From positions 1 through 63,875 of IMG/VR virus record IMGVR_UViG_3300031975_002169: a DNA stretch of 63,875 nucleotides, one strand, 5' to 3'. The notes below the pieces were generated by a model, which ran no database searches, was not told the DNA's origin, and worked only from the letters and a program-made list of their open reading frames with translations. The position numbers and the translations under genes are program-made. The stretch's first letter is position 1, and each line of letters begins with the position of its first letter. Below, one piece after another: positions 17,049-26,434 of this stretch. The stretch comes from a virus. Its lineage: Duplodnaviria; Caudoviricetes.

Positions 17049-17735
17049 TCAGCGCTTCTTCGGCCAGGCGACCGGGGTCACCTCGGGGAAGTAGCGCGCG
17101 TGGTGCGCATCCCACGCCTCCTGCGTGAAGTAGGTCTTCCCGCGGGCTCCAGGCATCTTCACCATCAGCAGGGTGGTCCCGCTGCGCTGGGAGAAGTGCC
17201 GAACAGGCGCGTTCACGGCGTCGTATGTCATCCCGCGGAGGCGCGCCTCAGCCGCGAAATCCAGGCCGCCAGCGGTGGCAGCCATGGCGAGCAGCTCGTG
17301 CGTGAGGGGGTTCTCCTCGGCGCGGGGCTGTCCCTTTCGAGGGCTCTTCTCCGCCGCCGCCTCGGTGGCGACCTCGGTTTCCGTGGCTTCCTGCGCCGCC
17401 TGTGCAGCGCCCGCCTGTGCAGCGCGCTCGGCCACCTCCGCCTCGTGGCGCTCGGTGAGCGTGGCCACGATGGCCTCCAACGTGGCGATCACGCGCTCCG
17501 CCCAGGGCGCGACCGTCTTCCACTGCTGGGTCTTCCCCATGACGAACGGCCACTCCATCCCGAAGTCGTCCGCAAAGTCCGCGCCCAGCGAGTAGACCGC
17601 CGAGAGGCGCCTGTAGGCCTCCTTCGCGTTGAGGTCCGCAGGGTGCGCTGCGATCTCTCGCGCAGTCTCGAGCACCTTGGTGGCGGTGTTTAGGTTGGTG
17701 GCAGTCGCGCTGATCGTGGTGCTGTTCGTGCTCAT
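17049..17735 (-). CDS. Hypothetical protein, first gene after a putative early promoter
   Basis: Ala/Thr/Glu-rich ORF with SD AAGGGAG. Confidence 0.7.
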   Translation of the reverse strand: MSTNSTTISATATNLNTATKVLETAREIAAHPADLNAKEAYRRLSAVYSLGADFADDFGMEWPFVMGKTQQWKTVAPWAERVIATLEAIVATLTERHEAEVAERAAQAGAAQAAQEATETEVATEAAAEKSPRKGQPRAEENPLTHELLAMAATAGGLDFAAEARLRGMTYDAVNAPVRHFSQRSGTTLLMVKMPGARGKTYFTQEAWDAHHARYFPEVTPVAWPKKR

Positions 17736-17813
17736 GTTCGCTGTCTCCCTTGCTGCCGGCGTCCATCGCCTGGCGAGTCGTCGTCTACCGTGAGCACATC
17801 AGGGAGGCGAGCA
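17733..17813 (-). promoter_or_regulatory. Bipartite promoter TGCTCGC-N19-TAGAC plus leader hairpin, copy 2
   Basis: Boxes at 17807-17813 and 17783-17787; GCCAGGCG-ATGGA-CGCCGGC-AGCAAGGGAG. Confidence 0.7.
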
Positions 17814-18205
17814 AAAACCACCTCGCGGATGCTGATTTCTGACAACGCCAACGAACTGGGGGTCGATCCGTGTGGAGACCCCTGGCGAGCCAGGGCCGGA
17901 CGCCCCCCTCCCCCCCAGCGCGGAGGCCGGGAGGAGCGAGGCGCGGCGATGCCGTGCCCTGGGACCTCGCGGTGACCCAGCATCCTACCTCCCAGATCGG
18001 GTGCTGACGCTGGACGATGCGTGCACCCGCTGCCACGTCCCGCGGAGGCGATCCGGCCGGGAGGTGCGCCCACCTCGAGCACCGTGCCACGCAGCGCCCT
18101 CGCGCCCGAAGTCCGGTGTCGATGGGTGACCCGTATGCCACGGGCAGGGGTAGGAGCCCCTCTGGCCCGAGGGCCAGCAGGGACACATCTACGGGATGAG
18201 CCCTT

Positions 18206-18248
18206 AAAAGGCAACGCCCCCGAGGGGCTCCTACAACCATCGGGGGCG
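18206..18248 (-). terminator. Terminator ending the late/lysis transcript
   Basis: CGCCCCCGA-16 nt loop-TCGGGGGCG followed by TTGCCTTTT. Confidence 0.6.
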
Positions 18249-18293
18249 CTGGGTTCTTACCGTCCGGGCTACCGGCGGGGAACTTCTGCCGTT

Positions 18294-18575
18294 CTACGCT
18301 GGAGGTTCTCCGTCGTCAACCTGCCGGTCATCGCGGATCGCAGGCACGTCGGGACGGCGACGCCGCATCTCCACGCTCACCGCGTCGGCGAGCGCAGGGA
18401 TCAGCACCAGAAGCAGCGCTCCGGCCGCCTCCGCCGTGTCGGTGGAAAGCCCCATGGATGGCCCAGCAGTGGCCACCACCACCGCCACCAGGAACGCCAG
18501 CGCGATCAGCGCGACGCGGAGCTTGTGGGGGATCGTCGGGATGATGCGGCGCGCGGTTTCGCTGGGGTCAGCCAT
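18294..18575 (-). CDS. Putative holin
   Basis: 93 aa, two TM segments, charged C-terminus, in the endolysin cassette. Confidence 0.6.
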   Translation of the reverse strand: MADPSETARRIIPTIPHKLRVALIALAFLVAVVVATAGPSMGLSTDTAEAAGALLLVLIPALADAVSVEMRRRRPDVPAIRDDRQVDDGEPPA

Positions 18576-19125
18576 CTTCGGGCTCCTGTTCGTCGATGAG
18601 CCCGATGGGCCCTGGCGTCATGTAGATGTTGCCCTGGGGTGGGGTGGCGCCGCTGATGCGGCGGAGGCCAGCAGCGATCTCGCGAAGGCGCGGTCCGCCG
18701 ATGGCCCGGTGCAGCTCGTGAAGCTCCTTGGCCAACGCCTCACCCCGCTGCACCTCGGACTTGAGGTCGCGCTGGAGCGCCTCGATGGTGGCGGTCTGGG
18801 CGAGGTTCACCGCCTGGAGGTCGTTGTACTTCACGAGGATGACCTGGTACTTGGTCGCGCACTCGGCCGCCTCCTTCTCGACGGCGTCCATGCGCTTCTC
18901 GCGCTCCCCGTCTCGGTTCTCGAGCGTGGCGATGCGCTGGAGCATCTGCGCCGGCCAGTCCGCGGCGAGCTTGGCCTTCTCCTTGTCGGCGTCGATCGCC
19001 TTGAGGTCGCGCTCGCCCCAGCGTTTGTGCCAGGCCACCCACGCCACCCTCATGGCAGTGATCAGCGCCACCAGCACCGCGAGCAATCCGCCCCCCACCC
19101 CGACCCCTGTGTGGAACTCGTCCAT
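18568..19125 (-). CDS. TM + coiled-coil lysis-cassette protein (start may be 19152)
   Basis: GLLAVLVALITAMRVAWVAW then long heptad region; between endolysin and holin. Confidence 0.6.
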   Translation of the reverse strand: MDEFHTGVGVGGGLLAVLVALITAMRVAWVAWHKRWGERDLKAIDADKEKAKLAADWPAQMLQRIATLENRDGEREKRMDAVEKEAAECATKYQVILVKYNDLQAVNLAQTATIEALQRDLKSEVQRGEALAKELHELHRAIGGPRLREIAAGLRRISGATPPQGNIYMTPGPIGLIDEQEPEDG

Positions 19126-19151
19126 CCTCTGCACTCCTCCAGCCGCCTGCA

Positions 19152-19838
19152 TCAGTACCTCGCAGTCGCCGTCGGATCCCACGCGCGAGGGATTGGACGG
19201 CCGGGACCGATCGTGAAATCTGGGCGCGTGCGGAGGCCGAGCTTGGGGCGCGCGTAGTCCACCACCACTGCCTTCCACAGCTCTTCGCCGGGATCGCTTC
19301 GACGCGTGCGCGAGGACTGCCGGTGGGCGTCCACCCACTCGATCGGCATCCCCTCGGCGCGCCCCTGCTCCACCAGCCAGCACAACGCAGCGCGCGCGGT
19401 TTCCACCGTCAGCTCGTCCGGCGGACCGCTCCAGCGATCCATGTTCCAGACGGTGCGGCGCGCCTCGTTGGGGGCCGTCGCGGGGTCGTCGGCGAGGCCG
19501 CTGTAAAGGCCCTCGATCTCGAGCCCCAGGCTGTAGGGATTGGCCTTGTTCGCGTGGTGCACGAAGGATCGGAGCGGCCTCATGGCCACCACCCACCCCT
19601 CGCGGAATGCCAGCGCGTGGCACGCCACCTTCGCCGTTCGCAGTCGTTGTCCCAGCTCCTCGCCGTTGGCGCGCGCTGAGGCGGCGGAGACGCCGAACTC
19701 GCACGCCGTCTGGTGGAGCACCACCGTCGTGATGGTGGACGGGTCGCGCATCACGGTTTTCCCGCGGATGATGCGGCTCTTTGGCTGGAGCGCTGGGGCG
19801 CGATCACGCCAATCGAAAATCTCCACCACGGGAGCCAT
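19152..19838 (-). CDS. Endolysin, N-acetylmuramoyl-L-alanine amidase (Amidase_2)
   Basis: VVLHQTA, HHAN..N..SLGLEIEG, AHRQ..RRSDPG zinc-amidase pattern. Confidence 0.85.
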   Translation of the reverse strand: MAPVVEIFDWRDRAPALQPKSRIIRGKTVMRDPSTITTVVLHQTACEFGVSAASARANGEELGQRLRTAKVACHALAFREGWVVAMRPLRSFVHHANKANPYSLGLEIEGLYSGLADDPATAPNEARRTVWNMDRWSGPPDELTVETARAALCWLVEQGRAEGMPIEWVDAHRQSSRTRRSDPGEELWKAVVVDYARPKLGLRTRPDFTIGPGRPIPRAWDPTATARY

Positions 19839-19927
19839 GGTGACGGATCTGCTCTTCTGCGTCCAGGGAGTTGCCGTCTCCGAAAACGGGTAGCACTGTC
19901 GAGAACGCCCGTAGGGAGGGGCAGGAA

Positions 19928-20518
19928 ATGGAACCTCAATCGCACATCGGAACCGCGTTTCGCTTCGTCATCGCCGTAGATCTGGCCATCGTGGCCCTGG
20001 TCGTGGCCATCTCATGCTCTGGGTGCGCGGCGTCGCACCTGGACACGGAGGCGCTCAGCGAGGAGCACGCGGACGCCGTAGCCGTGGTTCCGGCAGCTTG
20101 GGAGGAGGCCGGGCTGCCGCCGCTGAGCAGCTCGTGCGCGGCGCAGCTCGAGGACCCGCGCGTTGTCTTCGCCACGAGCGCGGACTTCCGCCTGCTCTGC
20201 GATGGGTGCGCACCCTACGACGCCGGCGACGACGATCCAGCCATGCGCGCGCGCTGCGCTGGGATCCGCCAGCGCGACCCGCTGTTCGGCGCGTGCGTCC
20301 TTGGCGATGGGACCTGGGTCATCCACGAGGAGGCTGACGCTGGCCAGCAGCTCCAGCGCGTCCAGCACGCTGCGATCGTCGCCCTTGCTGCGTGCCAGGG
20401 GGAGCACGCGCCCGCTACGCACCCAACTCGGGGCCCGGTGTGGTGCTCGGCGTGGAGCCGCGCCTGGCACCTGTACCACCGGGTCCCGAGCCCGTGCGCT
20501 ACTCCACCCAGCCGATGA
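19928..20518 (+). CDS. Cys-rich putative lipoprotein, the only convincing plus-strand gene
   Basis: SD GGGAGG/AGGA, hydrophobic VIAVDLAIVALVVAI then SCSGC; fills the gap between two minus-strand genes. Confidence 0.6.
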   Translation: MEPQSHIGTAFRFVIAVDLAIVALVVAISCSGCAASHLDTEALSEEHADAVAVVPAAWEEAGLPPLSSSCAAQLEDPRVVFATSADFRLLCDGCAPYDAGDDDPAMRARCAGIRQRDPLFGACVLGDGTWVIHEEADAGQQLQRVQHAAIVALAACQGEHAPATHPTRGPVWCSAWSRAWHLYHRVPSPCATPPSR

Positions 20519-21947
20519 GGTTGGCGCGCAGATCGGGAGCCGTTCCGCCTGTGTCCACGCGCAGATCGAAGCTCGACGAGAGCACGCAAGGCACACGGAA
20601 GATCACCGAGCCGAAGTCGGCGGTCCCCATGTCGGCCGCGTCGTAGAGATCGGCCGCACCACCTCCAACGGGGACGGCTGCCACCGAGGCGCTCACGTTG
20701 GTGGTGGTGTTCGGCTCGATGAGGACGCGCACCAGGGCCCACTTCGCGGACGCCGGGATGCTGGTCCCGAGGGCCACCGTCACAGGGGCGGTGTAGGGGA
20801 CCGCGCTGGCGATCTGAACGGGCTCGCGCATGAAGACGCGATCGCCCTGGCTCTCGGTCCAGATGAACCCGGTGTTCCCGGAGTTGCGCCGGAAGGCGCC
20901 CACCAGCACACCCAGGCCAGCGGCGACGGTGGGCGTCGAGTAGGGCGCTGGCAGCGTGAGGACGCCACCGTTGCGATTCTCACCCTGGCTGCTGGGCGCC
21001 ACGTGGCTGAGCACGAGGACGCCCTTGCCGGTAGCCGATCCGTCCCGAGGATCGACAGGGCACAGGCCCAGGGCCGACCACGGGCAGAGGTACAGGTAGT
21101 ACCAGGTCGAGGCCGCCAGCGTCGTCGCTGGCGAGAGCACGCCAGCCGCCGAGAGGTCGAGCGCGCCGCTGCGCGCGTACCAGAGGCGACGAGTGCCCTG
21201 GGAGAACACCTCGGCGTCCACGATGGCCGAGCTGCTCGCCGCACCACCAGGACGGTGGCTGGTGATCACGAGCCGATCGCCCTGCTGAGCCAGGATGCTC
21301 GACAGCGAGTCCCTACCGCGCTGGAGCTGGTCCCACATGGGGCGCACGTCGATGAGGTGGGAGGTGAGCACCGCCCCACCGCCAGCAGGGCGGAAGACGA
21401 TGGCGATCGGCACCCAGTCACCGCCGCTGGGCGCTGGCGCGTTCGTCGAGGTCCCCGCGATGAACTGGAAATCGATCTGCTTCTCGATGCGCTTCGTGAG
21501 ACCTGGCGTCGGGACGAACGTCTCGGTGCCCGTATCGTAGATGTCGCGCGTAGCCGTGAGCGCGACCACAGAGGCCACTTGGGCCTCGAGCAGGTACCAG
21601 GTGTCCGATCCGGGAGCCGGCGCGGCCTCGGTGACGGTGCCCAGGTTGGCGCCGAGCCGGTAGGGCGAGTCCAGCGTCCCAGGCACAGGGACGAGCACCG
21701 CCGAGTCCTGGAGCAGCGCACCTGCCGCCACCGCGACGTCGTTGCCGCTCGGCGACACCTCCAGGCCACCGAGCACCACGTTCCGAGGGCTCTCCGAGGG
21801 CCGAGCGCCGAACGAGAAGCTCCTCAGGCCCAGCGCCTCCCGGAACACGTTCATCAGGGTGCGCGCTGCCAACGACTGCCCGTCGTTGAAGTCGCCGCTG
21901 GTGGCGCGCTCGTTGGTGTTGAAGACGATGCTGTCGTTGCCGCTCAT
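20499..21947 (-). CDS. Tail fibre / baseplate-attached virion protein
   Basis: 482 aa beta-rich protein at the end of the baseplate module. Confidence 0.6.
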   Translation of the reverse strand: MSGNDSIVFNTNERATSGDFNDGQSLAARTLMNVFREALGLRSFSFGARPSESPRNVVLGGLEVSPSGNDVAVAAGALLQDSAVLVPVPGTLDSPYRLGANLGTVTEAAPAPGSDTWYLLEAQVASVVALTATRDIYDTGTETFVPTPGLTKRIEKQIDFQFIAGTSTNAPAPSGGDWVPIAIVFRPAGGGAVLTSHLIDVRPMWDQLQRGRDSLSSILAQQGDRLVITSHRPGGAASSSAIVDAEVFSQGTRRLWYARSGALDLSAAGVLSPATTLAASTWYYLYLCPWSALGLCPVDPRDGSATGKGVLVLSHVAPSSQGENRNGGVLTLPAPYSTPTVAAGLGVLVGAFRRNSGNTGFIWTESQGDRVFMREPVQIASAVPYTAPVTVALGTSIPASAKWALVRVLIEPNTTTNVSASVAAVPVGGGAADLYDAADMGTADFGSVIFRVPCVLSSSFDLRVDTGGTAPDLRANLIGWVE

Positions 21948-21954
21948 GGGTGCC

Positions 21955-23235
21955 TCACAGGGTGGTGTCTAGCGCGATCGCGAAGCCGACGCCGCCAGCG
22001 CGAGCAGCGTTGACGGCTGCCCAGGCTGCGCCGATGGTGCCCAGGTAGGTCCAGGGCCGGCCGTCGAAGAAGTTGGTGAGCGTCGCCGGCGTCACGGCGT
22101 CCAGCGCATTGTCGATGTAGCCCGGTGCCGCTGCGTCGAGCGCGAACCCACTCTCGCCCGCGTTCCCCAGGCCCACGCACACCAGGAAGAACCTGGTGAG
22201 CGGCGCGAAGCGCCCTCCGGGGAAAGCGTGGCCACCAGCGTCCAGTGGGCTCACGTCCAGCACCATCCCGAACATGCCAGCCGGGTCCCGCGTCTCCTTG
22301 AGCACCCATGGGATCCCCGCTGGGGTGAGGATGCCGTGGAGAATGCGCATGATGGCCAGGGGGGATACCACATCCGGCAGCTCGCAGATCCGCGACCGGA
22401 ACGAGGCGTCGCTCTCGCCGAGCTGCCGGTAGACCAGCCGGTCTCGGCCGATCGACTCCAGCCACGCGTCCAGCCCACCGGACGCCGCGCTCCCCTGCGT
22501 CACCGTGAGCCCCAGATCCTCGAACTCGAGAACCTCCGCCGTGCCAGCGCCAGCCGCGAGCGCCGCACCCTCCAGCGTGGCCACCTGGCCCAGCACGTCC
22601 ACGATCCGTCGCACCGTCCCGAGGTTGGGCCCCGAGCGGAAGGCGAGGAACTGGCCCACCTGGCCAGCGTGGAAGCGATCCCCGCTCCCAGCATTCGTCA
22701 CCAGCGTGTCCGAGCCCGTCGCCGTGGCATCCGTGACCACCGCGCTACCACGCAGGACGAAGGCAGAGATGCTCCCTGGGCCCACGTTGCCCAGGTAGCC
22801 CACCTGGGTGCAGCGCACCGGGAGCGATACCGATGGCGTACCGGCAGGGAGCGTCGTGGCCTCGCTGACCACGAACTGGAGCCCCTCTCGGTACTCGCCT
22901 CGCGTGTCTCGGTACACCACCACGACAGTGGTCCCCTGGACCAGCTCGATGTCGAAGCTGGCATCCCCGCTGCGCTCCAGGTCCAACGTGGCCACCGCTG
23001 AGGCAGGTCCGCTCGCCGGAGCGCTCTGCTGGAGCGTGTGGGGCTTGAGGTAGTACCGCTGCGTCGTCTCGCGGATCGCCTCGTCCACGCGCGCGAAGAT
23101 GGCGCTATAGGCAGCCACCGTGTCCAGGCCCTCCCCGCCGGACTCCTCCTCCATGGGGCGTGTGTAGGCGCGCGGGAAGAGCCGACGCCAGAGGTCCAGG
23201 TAGTCCGCGTCGGTCCACTGTCGGGGAATCGTCAC
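21955..23235 (-). CDS. Baseplate wedge protein (second J-like subunit)
   Basis: LPVRCTQVGYLGNV, LESIGRDR..RQLGESDASFRSRI. Confidence 0.65.
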   Translation of the reverse strand: MTIPRQWTDADYLDLWRRLFPRAYTRPMEEESGGEGLDTVAAYSAIFARVDEAIRETTQRYYLKPHTLQQSAPASGPASAVATLDLERSGDASFDIELVQGTTVVVVYRDTRGEYREGLQFVVSEATTLPAGTPSVSLPVRCTQVGYLGNVGPGSISAFVLRGSAVVTDATATGSDTLVTNAGSGDRFHAGQVGQFLAFRSGPNLGTVRRIVDVLGQVATLEGAALAAGAGTAEVLEFEDLGLTVTQGSAASGGLDAWLESIGRDRLVYRQLGESDASFRSRICELPDVVSPLAIMRILHGILTPAGIPWVLKETRDPAGMFGMVLDVSPLDAGGHAFPGGRFAPLTRFFLVCVGLGNAGESGFALDAAAPGYIDNALDAVTPATLTNFFDGRPWTYLGTIGAAWAAVNAARAGGVGFAIALDTTL

Positions 23236-23245
23236 CCGACCAAGG

Positions 23246-24361
23246 CTACGTCGCCGGCGTCACCAGATCCAGCCGCGTCCTGATGATCTCTCCCTGACCA
23301 GGCACGATATCGCCCACAGGGACCACCACCGCGTCGTCCAGCACGAGGACACCAGCCACCGCGCGCGCGCTCGTGATGATGAGGCTGCGCTGTAGCGTGG
23401 CCTGCGGATCCAGGCTGTTCACCGCGCTGAGAACTCGCCGGCGCACGGTGTCGAAGGCCAGCGTGCTGTCCACACCCGTGGCGAAGCGGAGGCGCAGCGA
23501 GATGGGCTCGTAGCGAGGCACCGCCGCCACCACATCCACCACGATCCCAGAGGCACGCCACGCACGCAGCCGATCACGGATCTGAGCCGCGAGCGCAGCG
23601 TTGCCAGCCCCGGAGGCGTCCGCGAAGAAGAGCCGGACCCACCCGTTCGGGAACCCATCCTCGTCCAGCAGCTCCTCGGCCACCGCTGCGCGCACGCCAG
23701 AGACGCTGAGCGCGCCCATCTCGATGGCAGCGAGGATCCCGCGACGCGCGCTGGCGAAGAAGCGCTGAGCGCGCGCGCGGTAGCGCGAGTCCGACTCGGA
23801 GTCGTCCCCACCGGCAGCTCGCTCCAGGTTGGTCACCGAGACGCCGGCGACAGGGTTGCGGAGCGCCGTGATCGTTCCCGGATCGACGTTCCCCTGGGGC
23901 CCAGTGACACGGCATCGAGCACGCACCGTCACGGGACCAACGGACGCCGCTGCGATGGTGGCAGCGAACACCGTCTCGAACTCGACCCCAGAGGCCGACC
24001 TGGCCACCGTGCCCACCGCGAACGACTGCGCAGGGCCACCAGGCACCTGGCGCAGCTCGAGGTCCACCACCGCCGCCGTCGCCTCCAGGCGAGGCAGCTC
24101 GTTGGTGAACCGATCCAGGATGAGGCGATCCAGATCCGTCAGCTCGGCACCGCTGAGGAAGTGCGCGCTCAGGCGCGTGGCAAGGTGGCGCACCGCCTCG
24201 TCGCCCATCGCGCTGGCAGCCGCGAGGAGCAGGTTGACATCGCTGCCATCGGTGAAGACCTCCTCCGGGTTCACGCGCCGTCCAGGCGGACGCGCCTGGG
24301 AGCGGCTGATCACCACGTCCGCGCCGATGTTGAACAGGTCGGCTCTGGTGGGCAGGTCCAT
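23246..24361 (-). CDS. Baseplate J-like wedge protein
   Basis: TGPQGNVDPGTIT..VSVTNLERAAGGDDSESDSRYRARA..RGILAAIE..VSGV. Confidence 0.88.
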   Translation of the reverse strand: MDLPTRADLFNIGADVVISRSQARPPGRRVNPEEVFTDGSDVNLLLAAASAMGDEAVRHLATRLSAHFLSGAELTDLDRLILDRFTNELPRLEATAAVVDLELRQVPGGPAQSFAVGTVARSASGVEFETVFAATIAAASVGPVTVRARCRVTGPQGNVDPGTITALRNPVAGVSVTNLERAAGGDDSESDSRYRARAQRFFASARRGILAAIEMGALSVSGVRAAVAEELLDEDGFPNGWVRLFFADASGAGNAALAAQIRDRLRAWRASGIVVDVVAAVPRYEPISLRLRFATGVDSTLAFDTVRRRVLSAVNSLDPQATLQRSLIITSARAVAGVLVLDDAVVVPVGDIVPGQGEIIRTRLDLVTPAT

Positions 24362-24364
24362 CGG

Positions 24365-25228
24365 TCACTCCTCCGTATCGAGGTCCACGGTAGCGCGGAT
24401 CTCGGGGATGAGCGCACCAGAGTCGTCGCGAACGCTGATGCGCACGTCCAGCGTGACTGGTGTGGGCCTGGTGATGGACACCTTGGCCTCCAGGACGCCG
24501 GGCTCGGCGCGCACCTGGGCAGCGATGCGCGACCTCATGCGCCTCACCAGGTCCGGCGTCACCAGCCGCTTCACCTCAGCCGTGAGGCCCACCCCGTAGT
24601 CCGGCAGGTGGAAGAAGCCACCGCGAGCCGTGGTCAGGCGGCGCAGGATGCGCTTTCGCAGGTACGCGACGCCGCTCTCGTTGGCCAGATCGCCCGTCTC
24701 GTCGTAGGCGAGCGCACCGTTGAGCGCGCCCTGCCCAGGCAGGTTGGCCAGGTCGGTGCGCACCTCGCCGCCGATGGGTTGGCTGGGAGCGGGGAGACCC
24801 TTGCGGAACGTGGGAAACAGCGCGCTATCCGCCGAGACGCTGATGGGGTAGCCGTCGAGCGACAGCACGCCTACCACCTCGATCTCGTACTCGGCCTCGG
24901 GATCCAGCGCGGCGTCCGTGTAGACGCGGATCACCCCAGGACCCACCCGCTCCACCCACGTCACGCGCGGGAGCTGCACACCGGCCCCGAGCAACGTGTA
25001 GGCGCTCGCCGTGAGCGCGTCCCCAGGCGCACCATCGCGCTCCGCTCGCGGCTCCAGGTTGAAGCCCACGTCCACGCTGTTCAGCGCGTACTGAGCAGCG
25101 CCCACCACGCCGAACGGCGATGGTGGTGAACCACCCCCACCGCTCACGAAGAACAGCGTGCCGCTGGGCGAGTCGGGGAGCAGACCGTCGAGGTCCGGTG
25201 ACCACACCGTCGTGACGAAGTCAGCCAC
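24365..25228 (-). CDS. gp25/gp46-like sheath-initiator wedge protein with N-terminal Ig-like extension
   Basis: GDLA..GVAYLRKRILRRLTT..GGFFHLPDYGVGL..AEPGV. Confidence 0.7.
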   Translation of the reverse strand: MADFVTTVWSPDLDGLLPDSPSGTLFFVSGGGGSPPSPFGVVGAAQYALNSVDVGFNLEPRAERDGAPGDALTASAYTLLGAGVQLPRVTWVERVGPGVIRVYTDAALDPEAEYEIEVVGVLSLDGYPISVSADSALFPTFRKGLPAPSQPIGGEVRTDLANLPGQGALNGALAYDETGDLANESGVAYLRKRILRRLTTARGGFFHLPDYGVGLTAEVKRLVTPDLVRRMRSRIAAQVRAEPGVLEAKVSITRPTPVTLDVRISVRDDSGALIPEIRATVDLDTEE

Positions 25229-25421
25229 CCTCGCACCTGCCGGACTCGCACCCAGCCACGTCCAACCACCACCCAGGCCCGAAGCTCGTCCGGAGCAGTG
25301 TGACCACGGGAGCGGGTGGCGTCGGCTCGAGGACGGGGATCGCGTACATGGTCACCGACGCCGAGTCAGCCGTCTCGGAGTAGCGTGGTGGGGTCCATGT
25401 GGTCGTCGCGAAGTCAGCCAT
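25221..25421 (-). CDS. Small virion-module protein
   Basis: N-terminus MADFATTTW resembles MADFVTTVW of the next gene. Confidence 0.5.
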   Translation of the reverse strand: MADFATTTWTPPRYSETADSASVTMYAIPVLEPTPPAPVVTLLRTSFGPGWWLDVAGCESGRCEGG

Positions 25422-25428
25422 GGGGGGG

Positions 25429-26403
25429 TCAGAGCGGGGTCACGCCATCAGGCCACGGGACGAGGCAGTTGTCGACGTAGACGTACGCGTCCGTAGCGAG
25501 GTTGGCGGTGTCCGGGTAGTTCCTGAGGACGCCCTTGATCTTGAGCGCGCTCGCGAACCCCTTCCAGCCAGGTTGGCTGGCGACGCCCTGGCGCGCGAAC
25601 ATCGCAGGCATCGCGTTGTCCTCGCTGTCGTATGGGTTGACGCCGACCAGGCTCGCGCTGTTCGTCCCCATGAGCTGGGTGGATCCGCCAGCCGCCGACA
25701 CGGACTGGTAGGGCACCACGAGGCCCATGTCGACGAAGGCCTCGGACCCGGTCCCCTTCATGTACCAGGCGCGATAGTTGGCAGCGGTCGTCCCGAAGGG
25801 GCTCGTGGTGCATCCGCCCACAATGCACGGGTCCGTGTCCGCCGCCGGGAAGCTTCCTGCCGCCAGAGGCTCCAACCAGATGCCACCGTTCGGTGAACCT
25901 CCCGCGTTGGGGGTGCAGAAGCAGTAAAACGCGTACACCCCGCTCACCGCCGCATCCTGAGCGATGCAGTGCGCGCGGTAGGTACCTGGCGAACTGGCGA
26001 ACATCGACCCGAAGCTCGGGCTCGCGTCCGTGCCACCGCCCAGGAGCACCACCTCATCCGTGGCACTCGGCGTGACGGTTGCGGCAGGGGAGCCGCCGCT
26101 GAACCCGGCGGAGTAGGAGTACTTCACGCGCCACTGGTAGTCCGTGCCAGCCGTCGCGCGCTGGAAGCAGAACTGACGGCCGCCCCCAGGTTGCTGCATC
26201 ACGAACCACGCGCGTGCGTTGTTCAGGCCGTTGGTCCCCGCTGCCGGACCCGTGACCTGCGTGCCGCTGGCCGAGTAGGTGGTCCCGTCGGAGTCGCGAA
26301 CCTTGGTCCAGCCAGCCGCCACCAGCGTGGTGATGAGGTTCCAGAGGGCTGCCGCACCGCCGTTCGTCGCGGTGCTCTGGTTCACGCTCGAGATCTTCGC
26401 CAT
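25429..26403 (-). CDS. Virion structural protein (fibre or collar-like)
   Basis: Gly/Ala/Thr-rich 324 aa protein in the baseplate module. Confidence 0.6.
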   Translation of the reverse strand: MAKISSVNQSTATNGGAAALWNLITTLVAAGWTKVRDSDGTTYSASGTQVTGPAAGTNGLNNARAWFVMQQPGGGRQFCFQRATAGTDYQWRVKYSYSAGFSGGSPAATVTPSATDEVVLLGGGTDASPSFGSMFASSPGTYRAHCIAQDAAVSGVYAFYCFCTPNAGGSPNGGIWLEPLAAGSFPAADTDPCIVGGCTTSPFGTTAANYRAWYMKGTGSEAFVDMGLVVPYQSVSAAGGSTQLMGTNSASLVGVNPYDSEDNAMPAMFARQGVASQPGWKGFASALKIKGVLRNYPDTANLATDAYVYVDNCLVPWPDGVTPL

Positions 26404-26434
26404 GGGGCGAGTCTAGCCGGGGACGGCGTCCTCG

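Noticed and set aside
18190-18220. GATGAG-CCCTTAAAAGG-CAAC as a hammerhead ribozyme core
   Set aside because: Lacks the CUGANGA and GAAA consensus
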